Assembly (NCBI GenBank): GCA_963816185.1
Contig: CAWFJJ010000029.1
Span: 64,001 to 128,000, forward strand
Direction of reading: 5' to 3'
DNA: 64,000 nucleotides
DNA from: Thermoanaerobaculia bacterium
GTDB taxonomy: Bacteria; Acidobacteriota; Thermoanaerobaculia; UBA5066
Of this stretch, positions 1 to 9,896 are shown piece by piece. The position numbers were made by a program, and so were the translations under genes. Every line of letters starts with the position of its first letter. The first letter of the stretch is position 1. Below the pieces are notes generated by a model that saw nothing but the letters and a program-made list of their open reading frames with translations, had not been told where the DNA came from and did not search any database.

Positions 1-285
1 GATTTCGCCTCGAAAATGCCGGACGCCGCGGGCAAGGCCCTGCGCGTCTTCATCCAGGGCGGCGGCTGCTCGGGCTTTCAGTACGGCTTCACGTTCGACG
101 AGAAGCGCCCGACCGACCACGTCCTCGCCGTGCGCGACATCGAGGTCATCGTCGACCCGCAGAGTGCGCTGAAGCTGCATGGCGCCACGGTGGACTTCAT
201 CGAGGACATGCGCGGCGCCGGCTTCTCGGTCGAGAACCCGAACGCGACGGGCGGGAGCTGCGGCTGCGGCAAGTCGTTCAGCTGA
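1..285 (+). CDS. HesB/IscA/ErpA family A-type Fe-S carrier protein (5' end probably upstream of window)
   Basis: Motifs GGGCSGFQY and C-terminal SCGCGKSF; frame open from position 1. Confidence 0.9.
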   Translation, partial: DFASKMPDAAGKALRVFIQGGGCSGFQYGFTFDEKRPTDHVLAVRDIEVIVDPQSALKLHGATVDFIEDMRGAGFSVENPNATGGSCGCGKSFS

Positions 286-3200
286 GCCCCGGCTTCCCCT
301 TCCCGCAGATCCGGCCGATCCGTTCGGCGAGGGAGCTCCCGGCCAGCCCGGCGGCGGCCGCGTCCCGCGCGGGATCGCCCACGGCGCGGGCGACGCGCGC
401 GTGGAGGCCCGCGTCGACCGGCAGAATCCGGCGCCCCGCGTCCACGACGAGCGGAGAAACCGCGGCGACGCATTCCGCGGCGCCGCCAGGGTCTCCCTCG
501 ATCCGCCTGACCTCCGCGAGGCCGATGAGGCAGGAGGCCAGATGCTCCGGCTTCTCGGCCCCCTCCGGGCGCGACAGAAGCGCCTTCCGGAACCGCCGCG
601 ACGCTCCCGAAAGGTCTCCCTGCGCGAGCGCCACGTGCCCGAGCCCCGCGAGCGACCAGGCCGCGTTCGCGCTGCTCCCGAGGGCCCTCTCCTCCGAGCG
701 GCTCTCCCTGTAACGCTTCTCGGCGTCGCCGAGGTCGCCCATGCAGCGGGCCACGTCGCCCAGCACGTTCAACGTGCGCGCAATCAGCCATCGGTCGCCG
801 AGCTCGCGCTGGAGGGCGAGGCACCCTTCCAGGCGGCGGCGCGCCTCGGCGAAGTCCCCGCTCCGGAGCGCCACGACGCCGAGGTTGCGCAGGGCGCGCG
901 AGGAATTCCACGTGTCGCCGCGCGCGCGGCATACGGCGAGCGCCTCCTCGAAGTCGCCTCGCGCGGCGGCGAGGTCGTCGGGCTCGATCGCGTTCAGGAT
1001 GACGTGCGCGCGCATCGCCTCGTCGCCGAGGGCCCGATAGATTTCCGCGCTCTCGGTGACGAGACGGCGCGCCTCGGCGTGCCGTCCCCGGGATTCGGCG
1101 ACGAGTGAGAGGGTCGCGAGTGTCCGGGCGATCCCTTGCTGGTCCTCCCGGGCCGTGCTGATGCTCAACGCTTCTTCTGCCGCAGCCGCGGCTCCCTCGT
1201 GGTCCCCCTGGAGCCAGCGCAGCAGAGCGAGGCTCCGGAGGGCGGCGGCCCGCGCGGGCGCCGAGCCGCCCCGGGACAGCACCTCGGAGAGCGCGGCAGA
1301 GCCCTCGCCGAGCAGGCTGCGGAAGATCCAGTAGTAGAGAAGGTCCGCCGCGATCTCCAGACCGAGATCCGCGTCGCCCCCGTCGGACGCGCACCAGGCC
1401 AGCGCCGCACGGAGGTTGTCATGGTCCGCTCCGAGGCGGGCGAGGTGCCGCGCACGCTCGGCGCTCATGAGGTGGCGCTCCGTCACCGCCGCGAGGCCCG
1501 CGAACCGCCGTGTGTGGGCGCGGCGCGCGGGCCCTTCCTCGCCACGCGTTCCGAGACGCTCCAGCCCGTACTCCCGGATCGTCTCGAGCATCGCGTACCG
1601 CGGTTCGGCGTCCTCGCCGGTGAGACCGAGCAGGCTCTTGTCGACGAGAGAAGCCACGCCGTCGAGGACGTCGAGAGCGAGCGGGCCGACCTCCGAGCAC
1701 ACCGCCTCGGCGGCCTCGAGCGTGAAGCCGCCTCTGAACACCGAAAGGCGCGCGAAGAGCGCCTGCTCCTCGGCCGGGAGGAGGTCGTGGCTCCAGCCGA
1801 TGGCGTCGCGCAGCGTCTGCTGCCGGGCGGGAAGGTCCCGCGCGCCGCCCGTGAGGAGCGACAGGCGGCTCGACAGGCGCCGAAGGAGCGCCTCGGGCGC
1901 GAGGTGCCGGATCCGCGCGGCGGCCAGCTCGATCGCGAGCGGGAGGCCGTCCAGCCTCGCGCAGATCCGGGCGACGTCGGGCGCGTTCTCCCTCGTCAGG
2001 GAGAATCCCGGCCTCGCGGCGGCCGCCCGCTCGCAGAAGAGCGCGACGGATTCGAACGTGAGGAGCTCATCCGGACCCGCCTCACCCGCCCCGGGGAGAC
2101 GGAGCGGCGGCACCTGCACCTCGACCTCGGTGCTCACGTGGAGCCGGGCACGGCTCGTCACGAGGAGCGAAAGCCGTGGCGCCGCGAGAAGAAGCTCCGC
2201 GAGCCGGGGAGCCGCGGAGACGAGCTGCTCGAAGTTGTCGAGCACCACGAGGAGATGCCGGCTCGAGAGAAAGCGCGAGAGAGCATCGGACAACGTCACG
2301 TCCGGAACCTCGCCGAGGCCCACGGCCTGTGCGATCGCCGACGGGAGAAGGCTCGGGTCCCGGAGGGCCGCGAGCTCGACGAGGAACACGCCGTCCGCGA
2401 ACGAACCCTGCGCCTCCTCCGCGGCCCGGAGCGCGAGCCGCGTCTTCCCGGTTCCGCCGGGTCCGGTCAGCGTGACGAGCCGCGACCTCACGAGCGCATC
2501 CGCGACGCGCTCGAGCTCCGCCCGCCGCCCCACGAAGCTCGTGAGAGGGAGTCGGACGCTCGGCGCAGGCCGACGAGCCTCCGCGACGGAGGGGGCGGAG
2601 GAAGACGGACCGCGGCGGACGCGGAGGAGATCGGCCCTGAGGTCGGCGGCCGTCTGATAGCGGAGCCGGACGTCTTTCTCGAGCGCCCGCATGATCACCG
2701 CGGCCAGCTCGTGCGACAGGCCGGAAATGAGTGCGTCCGGCGCGAGAGGGACGGCATGGAGGATCGCGTCCACGACGAGCGCCGGGTTCTTCGCGGCGAA
2801 CGGGCGGCGGCCCGTCGCCATCTCGTAGAGGACGACCCCGAACGAGAAGATGTCGGTTCGGGCGTCGACCGGCTCGGCCCGCACCTGTTCCGGAGACATG
2901 TAGGGGACCGTTCCGATCACGGTGCCCTGCGTCGTCATCGGGCTGGCTCCGGTGACCGTCTCGGCCTCCGGTTGGATGGCCGGTGACCCGGCCAGCTTCG
3001 CGATCCCGAAATCGAGGATCTTCGCCCCGGCCGTATTCGTGAGGAAGACGTTGGCGGGCTTCAGGTCCCGATGGACGATCCCCTTTCCCCCCGCCGCCTC
3101 GAGCGCCCCGGCGAGCTGGAGGGCCACGTCGAGCAACTCGTCGAAGGGCAGCCGGCCGCTCTCGAGGCGCTCGAGAAGCGTCGTTCCCTCGAGCCGCTCC

Positions 3201-3457
3201 ATGACGAGGTACGGCTCCCCGTCGTATGCGCCGACGTCGTAGACCGTGCAGATGTTCGGATGGTTGAGTGCCGAGGAGGCGCGCGCCTCGAGCTGGAACC
3301 GCTGGAGAGCCTCCGGGTCCCGCGCCAGCTTCGGGGGCAGGAACTTGAGAGCCACCCGCCGCCCCAGACGTAGGTCCTCGGCCTCATAGACGACACCCAT
3401 CCCGCCGCCGCCCAGCGGCGCGAGGACCCGATAGTGAGAGATCGTCTTGCCGAGCAT
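278..3457 (-). CDS. Ser/Thr protein kinase fused to STAND (NB-ARC-like) ATPase and TPR repeats
   Basis: Starts MLGKTISHYRV; kinase motifs GGGGMG, VALK, HRDLKPAN, DFG, SPE; Walker A GPGGTGKT, Walker B LVVLDNFE, GLPLAI; helical repeats at C-terminus. Confidence 0.9.
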   Translation of the reverse strand: MLGKTISHYRVLAPLGGGGMGVVYEAEDLRLGRRVALKFLPPKLARDPEALQRFQLEARASSALNHPNICTVYDVGAYDGEPYLVMERLEGTTLLERLESGRLPFDELLDVALQLAGALEAAGGKGIVHRDLKPANVFLTNTAGAKILDFGIAKLAGSPAIQPEAETVTGASPMTTQGTVIGTVPYMSPEQVRAEPVDARTDIFSFGVVLYEMATGRRPFAAKNPALVVDAILHAVPLAPDALISGLSHELAAVIMRALEKDVRLRYQTAADLRADLLRVRRGPSSSAPSVAEARRPAPSVRLPLTSFVGRRAELERVADALVRSRLVTLTGPGGTGKTRLALRAAEEAQGSFADGVFLVELAALRDPSLLPSAIAQAVGLGEVPDVTLSDALSRFLSSRHLLVVLDNFEQLVSAAPRLAELLLAAPRLSLLVTSRARLHVSTEVEVQVPPLRLPGAGEAGPDELLTFESVALFCERAAAARPGFSLTRENAPDVARICARLDGLPLAIELAAARIRHLAPEALLRRLSSRLSLLTGGARDLPARQQTLRDAIGWSHDLLPAEEQALFARLSVFRGGFTLEAAEAVCSEVGPLALDVLDGVASLVDKSLLGLTGEDAEPRYAMLETIREYGLERLGTRGEEGPARRAHTRRFAGLAAVTERHLMSAERARHLARLGADHDNLRAALAWCASDGGDADLGLEIAADLLYYWIFRSLLGEGSAALSEVLSRGGSAPARAAALRSLALLRWLQGDHEGAAAAAEEALSISTAREDQQGIARTLATLSLVAESRGRHAEARRLVTESAEIYRALGDEAMRAHVILNAIEPDDLAAARGDFEEALAVCRARGDTWNSSRALRNLGVVALRSGDFAEARRRLEGCLALQRELGDRWLIARTLNVLGDVARCMGDLGDAEKRYRESRSEERALGSSANAAWSLAGLGHVALAQGDLSGASRRFRKALLSRPEGAEKPEHLASCLIGLAEVRRIEGDPGGAAECVAAVSPLVVDAGRRILPVDAGLHARVARAVGDPARDAAAAGLAGSSLAERIGRICGKGKPGLS

Positions 3458-3484
3458 CGCGACGGACCGCTTATAGTCCACTCC

Positions 3485-4693
3485 GTGGCGGCGAAAGGGA
3501 ACAGCATCCTGAAGATCGTCTTCCTGACGGTCTTCATCGACCTTCTCGGCTTCGGGATCGTGATCCCGCTCCTGCCGCTCTATGCCGAGAAGTACCACCC
3601 GTCCCCGGTCGCGTTCGGGCTCCTCATGTCGAGCTACTCGGCGATGCAGTTCCTGTGCGCGCCTCTCCTCGGGCGCCTCTCCGACCGCTTCGGCCGGCGC
3701 CCGGTTCTCCTCGTCTCCCTCGCGGGCACCGTCGTCGGCTATCTGCTGTTCGCGTTCGCGCGCTCGTTGACGGTGCTCTTCGCGTCCCGCCTGCTCGACG
3801 GAGCCACGGGCGGAAACATCGGGACCGCCCACGCGGTCATCGCCGACACCACGCGCCCCGAAGAACGCGCCCGCGGCATGGGGCTCGTGGGGATGGCCTT
3901 CGGTCTCGGGTTCATCTTCGGGCCCGCCATCGCGGGTTTCACGGTCGGTCTCGGCCCGAGCGCCCCCGGCCTCGCGGCGGCGTCGCTCTCGTTCGCCGCG
4001 CTCGTCTGGGCCTTTCTGAAGCTGCCCGAGACGCGCCCCGAAGGCGGAAAAGGCGTGCGTTTTTCCATCCTCTCCTTCGCGGGGCTCGCGCGCGCGTTCC
4101 GCCGGCCGGAAATCGGCGCCCTCATGCTCCTCTCGTTCGTGACGACGACGGCCTTCGCGATGTTCGAGTCTACGTTCGCCCAGTTCGTGTCGCTGCGCCT
4201 CGGAGCCGGCGCGTCCACGGTCGCGTGGTTCTTCGTTTTCGTCGGCGTGTGCTCGGCTCTCGTTCAGGGAGTGCTCGTGCGGCGTCTCGTGGCGCGCGTC
4301 GGGGAAGCGCGTCTCGTCGTGGCCGGTGCCGTGCTCCTCGTCTCGGGCTTCGTCGGCCTCAAGGCCGCGGACTCGGTCGGGATCCTTCTCCTCGCAATCG
4401 CCGTGATCGCGCTCGGGATCGGCATCACGACGCCGACGCTCTCCTCTCTCGTGAGCCGGCGCTCGGCGGCGGGGGAGCAGGGGGCGATCCTCGGGGCATA
4501 CCAGTCGATGAGCTCCTTGGGCCGCGTTCTCGGGCCCTTCGGGAGCGAGAACCTCTATTTCAGGATCGGGCCCGACTGGCCGCACTGGGCCGCGGCCGCG
4601 CTCGAGGCCGCCGCGTTCTCCCTTTCCGCAATCGGTCTCCTGAGAGACAATGGCCGCGGCTCGCGCGCGCCGCGCGCGAACCTCGTCACATGA
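3485..4693 (+). CDS. MFS transporter, TetA/DHA1-like
   Basis: Motif A GRLSDRFGRRPV, about 12 hydrophobic segments, GFIFGPAIAG antiporter motif; GTG start chosen after TATAGT. Confidence 0.9.
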   Translation: MAAKGNSILKIVFLTVFIDLLGFGIVIPLLPLYAEKYHPSPVAFGLLMSSYSAMQFLCAPLLGRLSDRFGRRPVLLVSLAGTVVGYLLFAFARSLTVLFASRLLDGATGGNIGTAHAVIADTTRPEERARGMGLVGMAFGLGFIFGPAIAGFTVGLGPSAPGLAAASLSFAALVWAFLKLPETRPEGGKGVRFSILSFAGLARAFRRPEIGALMLLSFVTTTAFAMFESTFAQFVSLRLGAGASTVAWFFVFVGVCSALVQGVLVRRLVARVGEARLVVAGAVLLVSGFVGLKAADSVGILLLAIAVIALGIGITTPTLSSLVSRRSAAGEQGAILGAYQSMSSLGRVLGPFGSENLYFRIGPDWPHWAAAALEAAAFSLSAIGLLRDNGRGSRAPRANLVT

Positions 4694-5250
4694 CGCCGCT
4701 GGCCGAGACCGTCCACACCCTCGCGCGCGACTGCGAAGCGATCCGCATCCCGAGCGGAGAGCCCGTCACGCTGGCCGCCGGCACGCCCGTCTATCTCACG
4801 CAGTCCCTCGGCGGGACCTTCACCGTGCAAGCCCCCACGCTCGGCGGACTCTTCCGGATCGCCGGGTCAGACGCCGACGCCCTGGGCCTCGCGACACTTG
4901 CAGGGGACGCGGCGGGACGGGTGGCGGCATCCGGGCCCGTGGAAGAAGCGGCCGTTTGGGACCGCCTGCGCACCGTGTACGACCCCGAGATTCCCGTGAA
5001 CATCGTCGACCTCGGCCTCGTGTACGACCTTCGCATCCTTCCCGCGGCCGCCGCGGGGGAGCGGGTCGAGGTGAAGATGACGCTGACCGCTCCCGGCTGC
5101 GGCATGGGCAGCACGATCGCCGCCGACGCGCAGGCCAAAATCGCGACCGTGCCCGGCGTCGCGGAAGCGGAGGTCGTGGTCGTGTGGGATCCGCCCTGGA
5201 GCGCGGAGATGATGACGCCCGAGGGAAAGCGGCTTCTCGGAATCGCCTGA
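4690..5250 (+). CDS. sufT: Putative Fe-S cluster assembly protein SufT (DUF59/PaaD-like)
   Basis: VYDPEIPVNIVDLGLVY, MTLTAPGCGMG, VVWDPPW; ATGA overlap with MFS stop. Confidence 0.85.
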   Translation: MTPLAETVHTLARDCEAIRIPSGEPVTLAAGTPVYLTQSLGGTFTVQAPTLGGLFRIAGSDADALGLATLAGDAAGRVAASGPVEEAAVWDRLRTVYDPEIPVNIVDLGLVYDLRILPAAAAGERVEVKMTLTAPGCGMGSTIAADAQAKIATVPGVAEAEVVVVWDPPWSAEMMTPEGKRLLGIA

Positions 5251-5256
5251 CTGCTC

Positions 5257-5337
5257 TACTGGAGTCTCACGCTCTCCGGGGGCTTACCTTCGGGCGCCCC
5301 GGACCCCCAAGTCGCGTTCGCTTTACTGGAGTCTCAC
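5257..5337. repeat. REP-like hairpin element flanked by 14-bp direct repeat TACTGGAGTCTCAC
   Basis: Direct repeats at 5257-5270 and 5324-5337 enclose CTCCGGGGGC...GCCCCGGACCCCC. Confidence 0.6.
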
Positions 5338-5664
5338 TCTTCCTGCAAACCCCTCCTCGTAGCCGTGGAAGAACTCGAGGGACTCCTCGGGCCATCTCCA
5401 GCAGTAGTAGCCCGCGCCCGAGTCGAAATCGACGAGCCATGGCCCTTTCACCTCGATCCCAAGATCCTCGATCCCCTGCGCCCATTTGGCGAGCGTCTCG
5501 GCCACGGCCCTCTCTGCCCGCGCCCCGCCGGCCTCGGACCCGTCGTCCGAGGGGATCGCAAGGTGTGAAAGCGCCTCGACCGCCCGCCGGGTCCGCTCTC
5601 TCACCTCGGGCAGGAGGGCGCGCGCTTCCTCGAACGTGAACGTCCGCCGCGGAGTCTCGCTCAT
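5323..5664 (-). CDS. DUF2203 family protein
   Basis: FTFEEARALLP...LVDF...YYCWRWPE...FFHGYEEGFAGR pattern. Confidence 0.8.
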   Translation of the reverse strand: MSETPRRTFTFEEARALLPEVRERTRRAVEALSHLAIPSDDGSEAGGARAERAVAETLAKWAQGIEDLGIEVKGPWLVDFDSGAGYYCWRWPEESLEFFHGYEEGFAGRVRLQ

Positions 5665-5705
5665 CCCGCCGAGGATAACCCGTCCCAAGCCTATGATCCG
5701 CCCTC

Positions 5706-6882
5706 GTGAAGGCGCTCGCGAGGGGCGAGGCGGAGGTTCAGGCCGAGGCCGTCCGCCTCCGCCGTGAGATCCACGCACGGCCGGAGATCGCGTTCGAGGA
5801 GATCGAGACGGCCCGCCTCGTCGCGGACCGCATGCGCGCGCGCTCTTTCGTCGTGCGCACGGGAGTCGGGAGAACGGGCGTTCTGGCCGTCCTCGACACG
5901 GGGCGGCCGGGAAAGACGATCCTCCTCCGGGCCGACATGGACGCGCTTCCCCTCGCCGAGAAGACGGGCCTGGCCTTCGCCGCGACGAACGGGAAGATGC
6001 ACGCGTGCGGGCATGACGGACACGTCGCGGCGCTGGACGCGGCCGCGGACCTTCTGGTCCTCGACCCGTCCGGCGAAGGGACGGGTCGTCTTCGCGTTTC
6101 AGCCGGGAGAGGAAGGCGCCGGCGGCGCGCAGGCCATGATCGCCGACGGCGTCCTCGACGATCCCCGCCCCGACGCCGTTTTCGGCGTGCACCTGTGGGC
6201 GGCTCTGCCGCTCGGCCACGTCGGCGTCGCGCGCGACGCGATGATGGCCGCCGTGGACGAGTTTCTCATCGACGTGACGAGTCCCGGGGGACACGCGGCC
6301 TCGCCGCACGAGACGCGCGACACGATCGTGGCCGCCGCTCACGTCGTCACCGCGCTCCAGACGATCGTCGCGCGGCGGCTCTCGCCGCTCCTGCCTGCGG
6401 TCGTCTCCGTGACCTCGGTGCACGGTGGCTCGGCCTTCAACATCCTGCCCGAGTCCGTGACGCTCCGGGGCACGTGCCGGTCGTTCGACGCCGAGGTCGC
6501 CGACCGCCTTCCGTCCCTCGTCCGCGAGGTCGCGGAGCTCGCGGCGCGATCGCTCGGATGCGAAGCGAAGACGGTGTACCGGAAGATCAATCCCGCGGTC
6601 GTGAACCACCCGCGCGAGGCGGAGCGCGTTCAGCGCGTGGCGGCGGCGCTTTCTCCGCTCGCATCATCGGGGCGCGTCACGACGTCCTGCCGCACGATGG
6701 GCGGCGAGGACTTCAGCGAGTTTCTCCTGCGCGTCCCGGGCGCGTTCGCGTTCGTCGGCGCGGCGCCGGCCGGGGGCCCTCGCGGTCCGCATCACGCGCC
6801 CGATTTCGACTTCGACGAGCGCGCCCTGCCGCACGCCGCGCTCTTGCTCGCGGGCTTCGCGCGCGACGTTCTCCGAGACTGA
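5706..6882 (+). CDS. M20 family amidohydrolase (apparent +1 frameshift near 6065)
   Basis: N-half RREIHARPE, LRADMDALP, MHACGHDGH in one frame; FQPGEEG, GGHAASPH, MGGEDFS, HHAPDFDFDE in the next frame. Confidence 0.85.
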
Positions 6883-6901
6883 GGCCTTGAAGCGCTGACG
6901 C

Positions 6902-8275
6902 GTGGCCGCCGCCCTCGTCCTCTACGGCGCCGCCGTCCTTTTCGTCGGCCTCTTCGCGGCGCGAGACGCGTCGCGCTCTCAGGGGGCGTTTCTCGTCGCG
7001 GACCGCGGCCTCTCGGCGTTCACGACCTGGGCGGCCCTCTCCTCGACGGTGATCGGCGGGTCCACGACCCTCGTCCTCGCGGCGCTCGTCGCGCAGGTGG
7101 GTCTGCCCGCGCTCTGGCTCGACCTCGCCGGGGCGCTCGGCCTCTTCGCCCTTGGTCTCTTCTTCGCCTCGCGAGTCCGTGCGACGGGCGCGACGACGAT
7201 CGCCGAGGTCGTGGGAAGAACGTACGGAGAGGGCGTGAGGCGGATCGCCGCCTTTCTCGTCGTCCTCGCGGAGATCGTCTGGTTCGCGCTTCTGACCGAG
7301 GCGACCGAGACGGTCATCGTCGCGACGACGCCATGGGATCCCGTGCGCGTCCTCGTCGTCACGGCGGCCCTCTTCGTCGCCTACACGGCGCTCGGAGGCC
7401 AGCGCGCCGTCGTCAGGACGGACATCCTCCAGTTCGGTCTCATGGTCGCGGGCCTTCTCGCCGTGGCCCTTCCGCTCGCGCTCCGCTCCCTCGTGGCCAC
7501 GGGCGCTCCGGCGGACCTCCTCCGCTTCCCGACGGGCCCGCGTTTCTCGTGGGGGGACGCGTGTGCGCTGCTCGTTCTCGTGGGCCTCCCGCACACCGTG
7601 GGGAGCGACGTGTGGGCGAAGCTCCTGTCCGCGCGCGAGGAGCGTGTCGCGCGCCGTGCGGCCCTCGGCGCCGCTCTTTCCAAGGTCGCGTTCGGCCTCG
7701 CGACCGCGACGATCGCCCTCGCGGGCATCGCCCGCGGCGTGGGCGGTCCTCCCGCGGAGCTCTTCCCCCGCACGGTGTTCCTCCTCGCGGGAACGGCGCT
7801 CGCCCCGCTTCTTCTCGTGGCGCTCGTCGCGACAATGCAGTCCTCGGCGGACTCCGTCCTCCTGTCGGCCGCCGCCGCGACGACGCACGACCTCCTCGGA
7901 CCGAGGGCGGGCGTCCTCACGACCCGTCTCGCCGTGGTCGCGTATGGCGGGCTCGGCCTCGTCGTGGCGCTCGTCCTTCGTGATCTCGTCGAGACGTTCC
8001 GCCTCGGCTACACGCTCTTCGCGTCCGGCCTCATCCTGCCCACGCTCGTCGCGTTCTGTCCCGGCGTCCGCGTGGACCGGCGATTCGCCGGCGCCGCGAT
8101 GCTTCTCGGCGGCGCGACGGCGATGCTCGAGCGCTTCGCTCATCCTTTCGGCGTCGATCCCGTCCTCGCGGGCACGGGCGTTAACGCTTTGGTCCTCCTC
8201 CTCGGCGTTTCTCGAGCGGTGAAGGGGGTCGGGGGGAAACACGACCGTGTTTCCCCCATCGCTAGAAGTGGCTAG
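6902..8275 (+). CDS. Sodium:solute symporter (SSF) family protein
   Basis: FLVADRGL, YTALGGQRAVVRTDILQ, ATMQSSADS; many transmembrane segments. Confidence 0.85.
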   Translation: MAAALVLYGAAVLFVGLFAARDASRSQGAFLVADRGLSAFTTWAALSSTVIGGSTTLVLAALVAQVGLPALWLDLAGALGLFALGLFFASRVRATGATTIAEVVGRTYGEGVRRIAAFLVVLAEIVWFALLTEATETVIVATTPWDPVRVLVVTAALFVAYTALGGQRAVVRTDILQFGLMVAGLLAVALPLALRSLVATGAPADLLRFPTGPRFSWGDACALLVLVGLPHTVGSDVWAKLLSAREERVARRAALGAALSKVAFGLATATIALAGIARGVGGPPAELFPRTVFLLAGTALAPLLLVALVATMQSSADSVLLSAAAATTHDLLGPRAGVLTTRLAVVAYGGLGLVVALVLRDLVETFRLGYTLFASGLILPTLVAFCPGVRVDRRFAGAAMLLGGATAMLERFAHPFGVDPVLAGTGVNALVLLLGVSRAVKGVGGKHDRVSPIARSG

Positions 8276-8316
8276 CGCGCCTTCCCCAGGCGCGTGCGAA
8301 GCACGCGGCGCGCTAG
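8203..8316 (+). repeat. Palindromic repeat family A, copy 1 (coding tail plus CTAG-flanked branched hairpin)
   Basis: 60/73 nt ungapped identity to 13622-13694; palindrome GGGGGAAACACG-AC-CGTGTTTCCCCC; CTAGCGCGCC...GGCGCGCTAG. Confidence 0.85.
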
Positions 8317-8918
8317 AGGCCGGCCACGCGCAGGGCCGCCGCGACGACCCCCGCGCGCGACGCGTCGGCCACGGCCGGCGACGAATCCGCTTCGGGGCCG
8401 CTCCCGTTCTGCGCTGCCACGAGCGCGGCGTCGAGAAGCGCGAGGATGACGCGGGCCGTCTCGGCCGGCGGGAGCGGAGTCGGAACGCCCGTCTCCGTCA
8501 GCGTCTGCTCCAGGAGCGAGGCGCGCGGGTCCTCGCGCTCTTCGAAACGTGCCGCGGCAGAGGGGCCGGCGAGCCGGTTGAGCAAGCTCAGCCTCGGGAG
8601 CGAGGGATGCGCGGCACCGAAATCCCAGAGGGCCTCGACGGCGGCCGCGAGGCGCTCATGCGGCGTCCCATCGCGTGCGGGAAGAGGCACCCCCGCCCGA
8701 ATCGCGGCGTCGAGGACGGAGCGATAGAGCTTCTCCTTGCTCCCGAAGTGATAGTGAAGGGTCGCGACGTTCACGCCGGCCCCGGCGGCGACCTGCCGCG
8801 TCGTGGCGCCCGCGAAGCCCGCCGCGGCGAAACATCCTTCCGCGGCTTTGAGGATGACGCGCCGCGTCTCGACGGGATCGCCGCCGCGGGGCCGACCGAC
8901 GTGTCGTCTCGCCGTCAC
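8313..8918 (-). CDS. TetR/AcrR family transcriptional regulator
   Basis: HTH pattern FAAAGFAGATTRQVAAGAGVNVATLHYHFGSKEKL. Confidence 0.9.
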   Translation of the reverse strand: MTARRHVGRPRGGDPVETRRVILKAAEGCFAAAGFAGATTRQVAAGAGVNVATLHYHFGSKEKLYRSVLDAAIRAGVPLPARDGTPHERLAAAVEALWDFGAAHPSLPRLSLLNRLAGPSAAARFEEREDPRASLLEQTLTETGVPTPLPPAETARVILALLDAALVAAQNGSGPEADSSPAVADASRAGVVAAALRVAGL

Positions 8919-8946
8919 CGACCGCGCATGCTAGCGTTCGCCGAGA

Positions 8947-9785
8947 GTGGGGGCGAAGAATTCTCTTTCTGTCTCGATCCGGGCGGCCGCGCGCAAGGAA
9001 GCCGCACCGGACGCCGCCGCCGGCGCCGATCTCCAGCACGCGCGCGCGACGGACCCGGAGGGCACGCTCGTCGCGGTGGATCGGGAGGGCCGCCCTGTCG
9101 GCTCGGCCGCCGCGGCTGTCCGAGAGGACACGCTTCTCCTCCTCGCGCTCGACGTGAAGGCGGAGCATCGAAGGCAAGGAGTCGGAAGCGCGCTCCTCGC
9201 GGCGGCGCGCGCATACGGCGCGGCGCGGGGCGCCCGCGCGCTGGAAGTTCTCGCTCCCTCAAACCCGTCCTGTCTCGCGTTCTTCTTCCGCGCCGGCCTC
9301 ACCGTTCGCATCGATCGTCCTCGACATGACGGCGGACCTGTCCGACTGCCCGGCGGAGGGCGCCGCGCTTCACGTCGTCTCTCCCGGGGCTTCTTTTTAC
9401 GGTTGGGTCGCCGCTCTCGACCGCGAGACGAGAGGCTTCGCCCGGCCGCGCGACTGGGCGCGCTGGGCTTCGGAGGGCCACGTCGTCTCGTGGAGGCGCG
9501 GAGGGCGGCCCGTGGCGCTCGGCGCGTGGCATCCCGGGGCGTCGCGCGGTCGCGCTCGGCCCCATCGCGGCGAGAGTTGCGGAGGTCGCCTCGGGTTTCC
9601 TTCCTCTCCTCGCGTCGCGCGCCGGGGGAAAGCGCGTCTCCCTCGCACTTCCCGACGAGGCCCGCGCGCTTCTGATCGCCGCCACGAGCCTCGGCTTTAA
9701 GCCCGTCGGAACGCGCGTCCTTCTTGCCGAGAGGAGACGCGGCGACCTGCGCCGCTACGCGGGCGGCGGCGGCCTTTTCTTCTGA
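8947..9785 (+). CDS. GNAT family N-acetyltransferase (two apparent frameshifts near 9310 and 9540)
   Basis: Acetyl-CoA motif HRRQGVGSALL; protein-like sequence continues in successive frames (MTADLSD..., VALGPIAA...GGGLFF*). Confidence 0.65.
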
Positions 9786-9896
9786 AAGGCCGGGCGAAGC
9801 GGCGTCACTTCCTTTCGGGCGGGCTAGACTTCAGGCCGCATTCTTGCGTCTGACGGCTGCTGCCGGCACCAAAGTCGCAGAAAGAGGAAACCCACG

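Noticed and set aside
3458-4585. N-terminal 375-aa extension of the kinase ORF
   Set aside because: Antisense to the MFS gene; the kinase begins at MLGKTISHY
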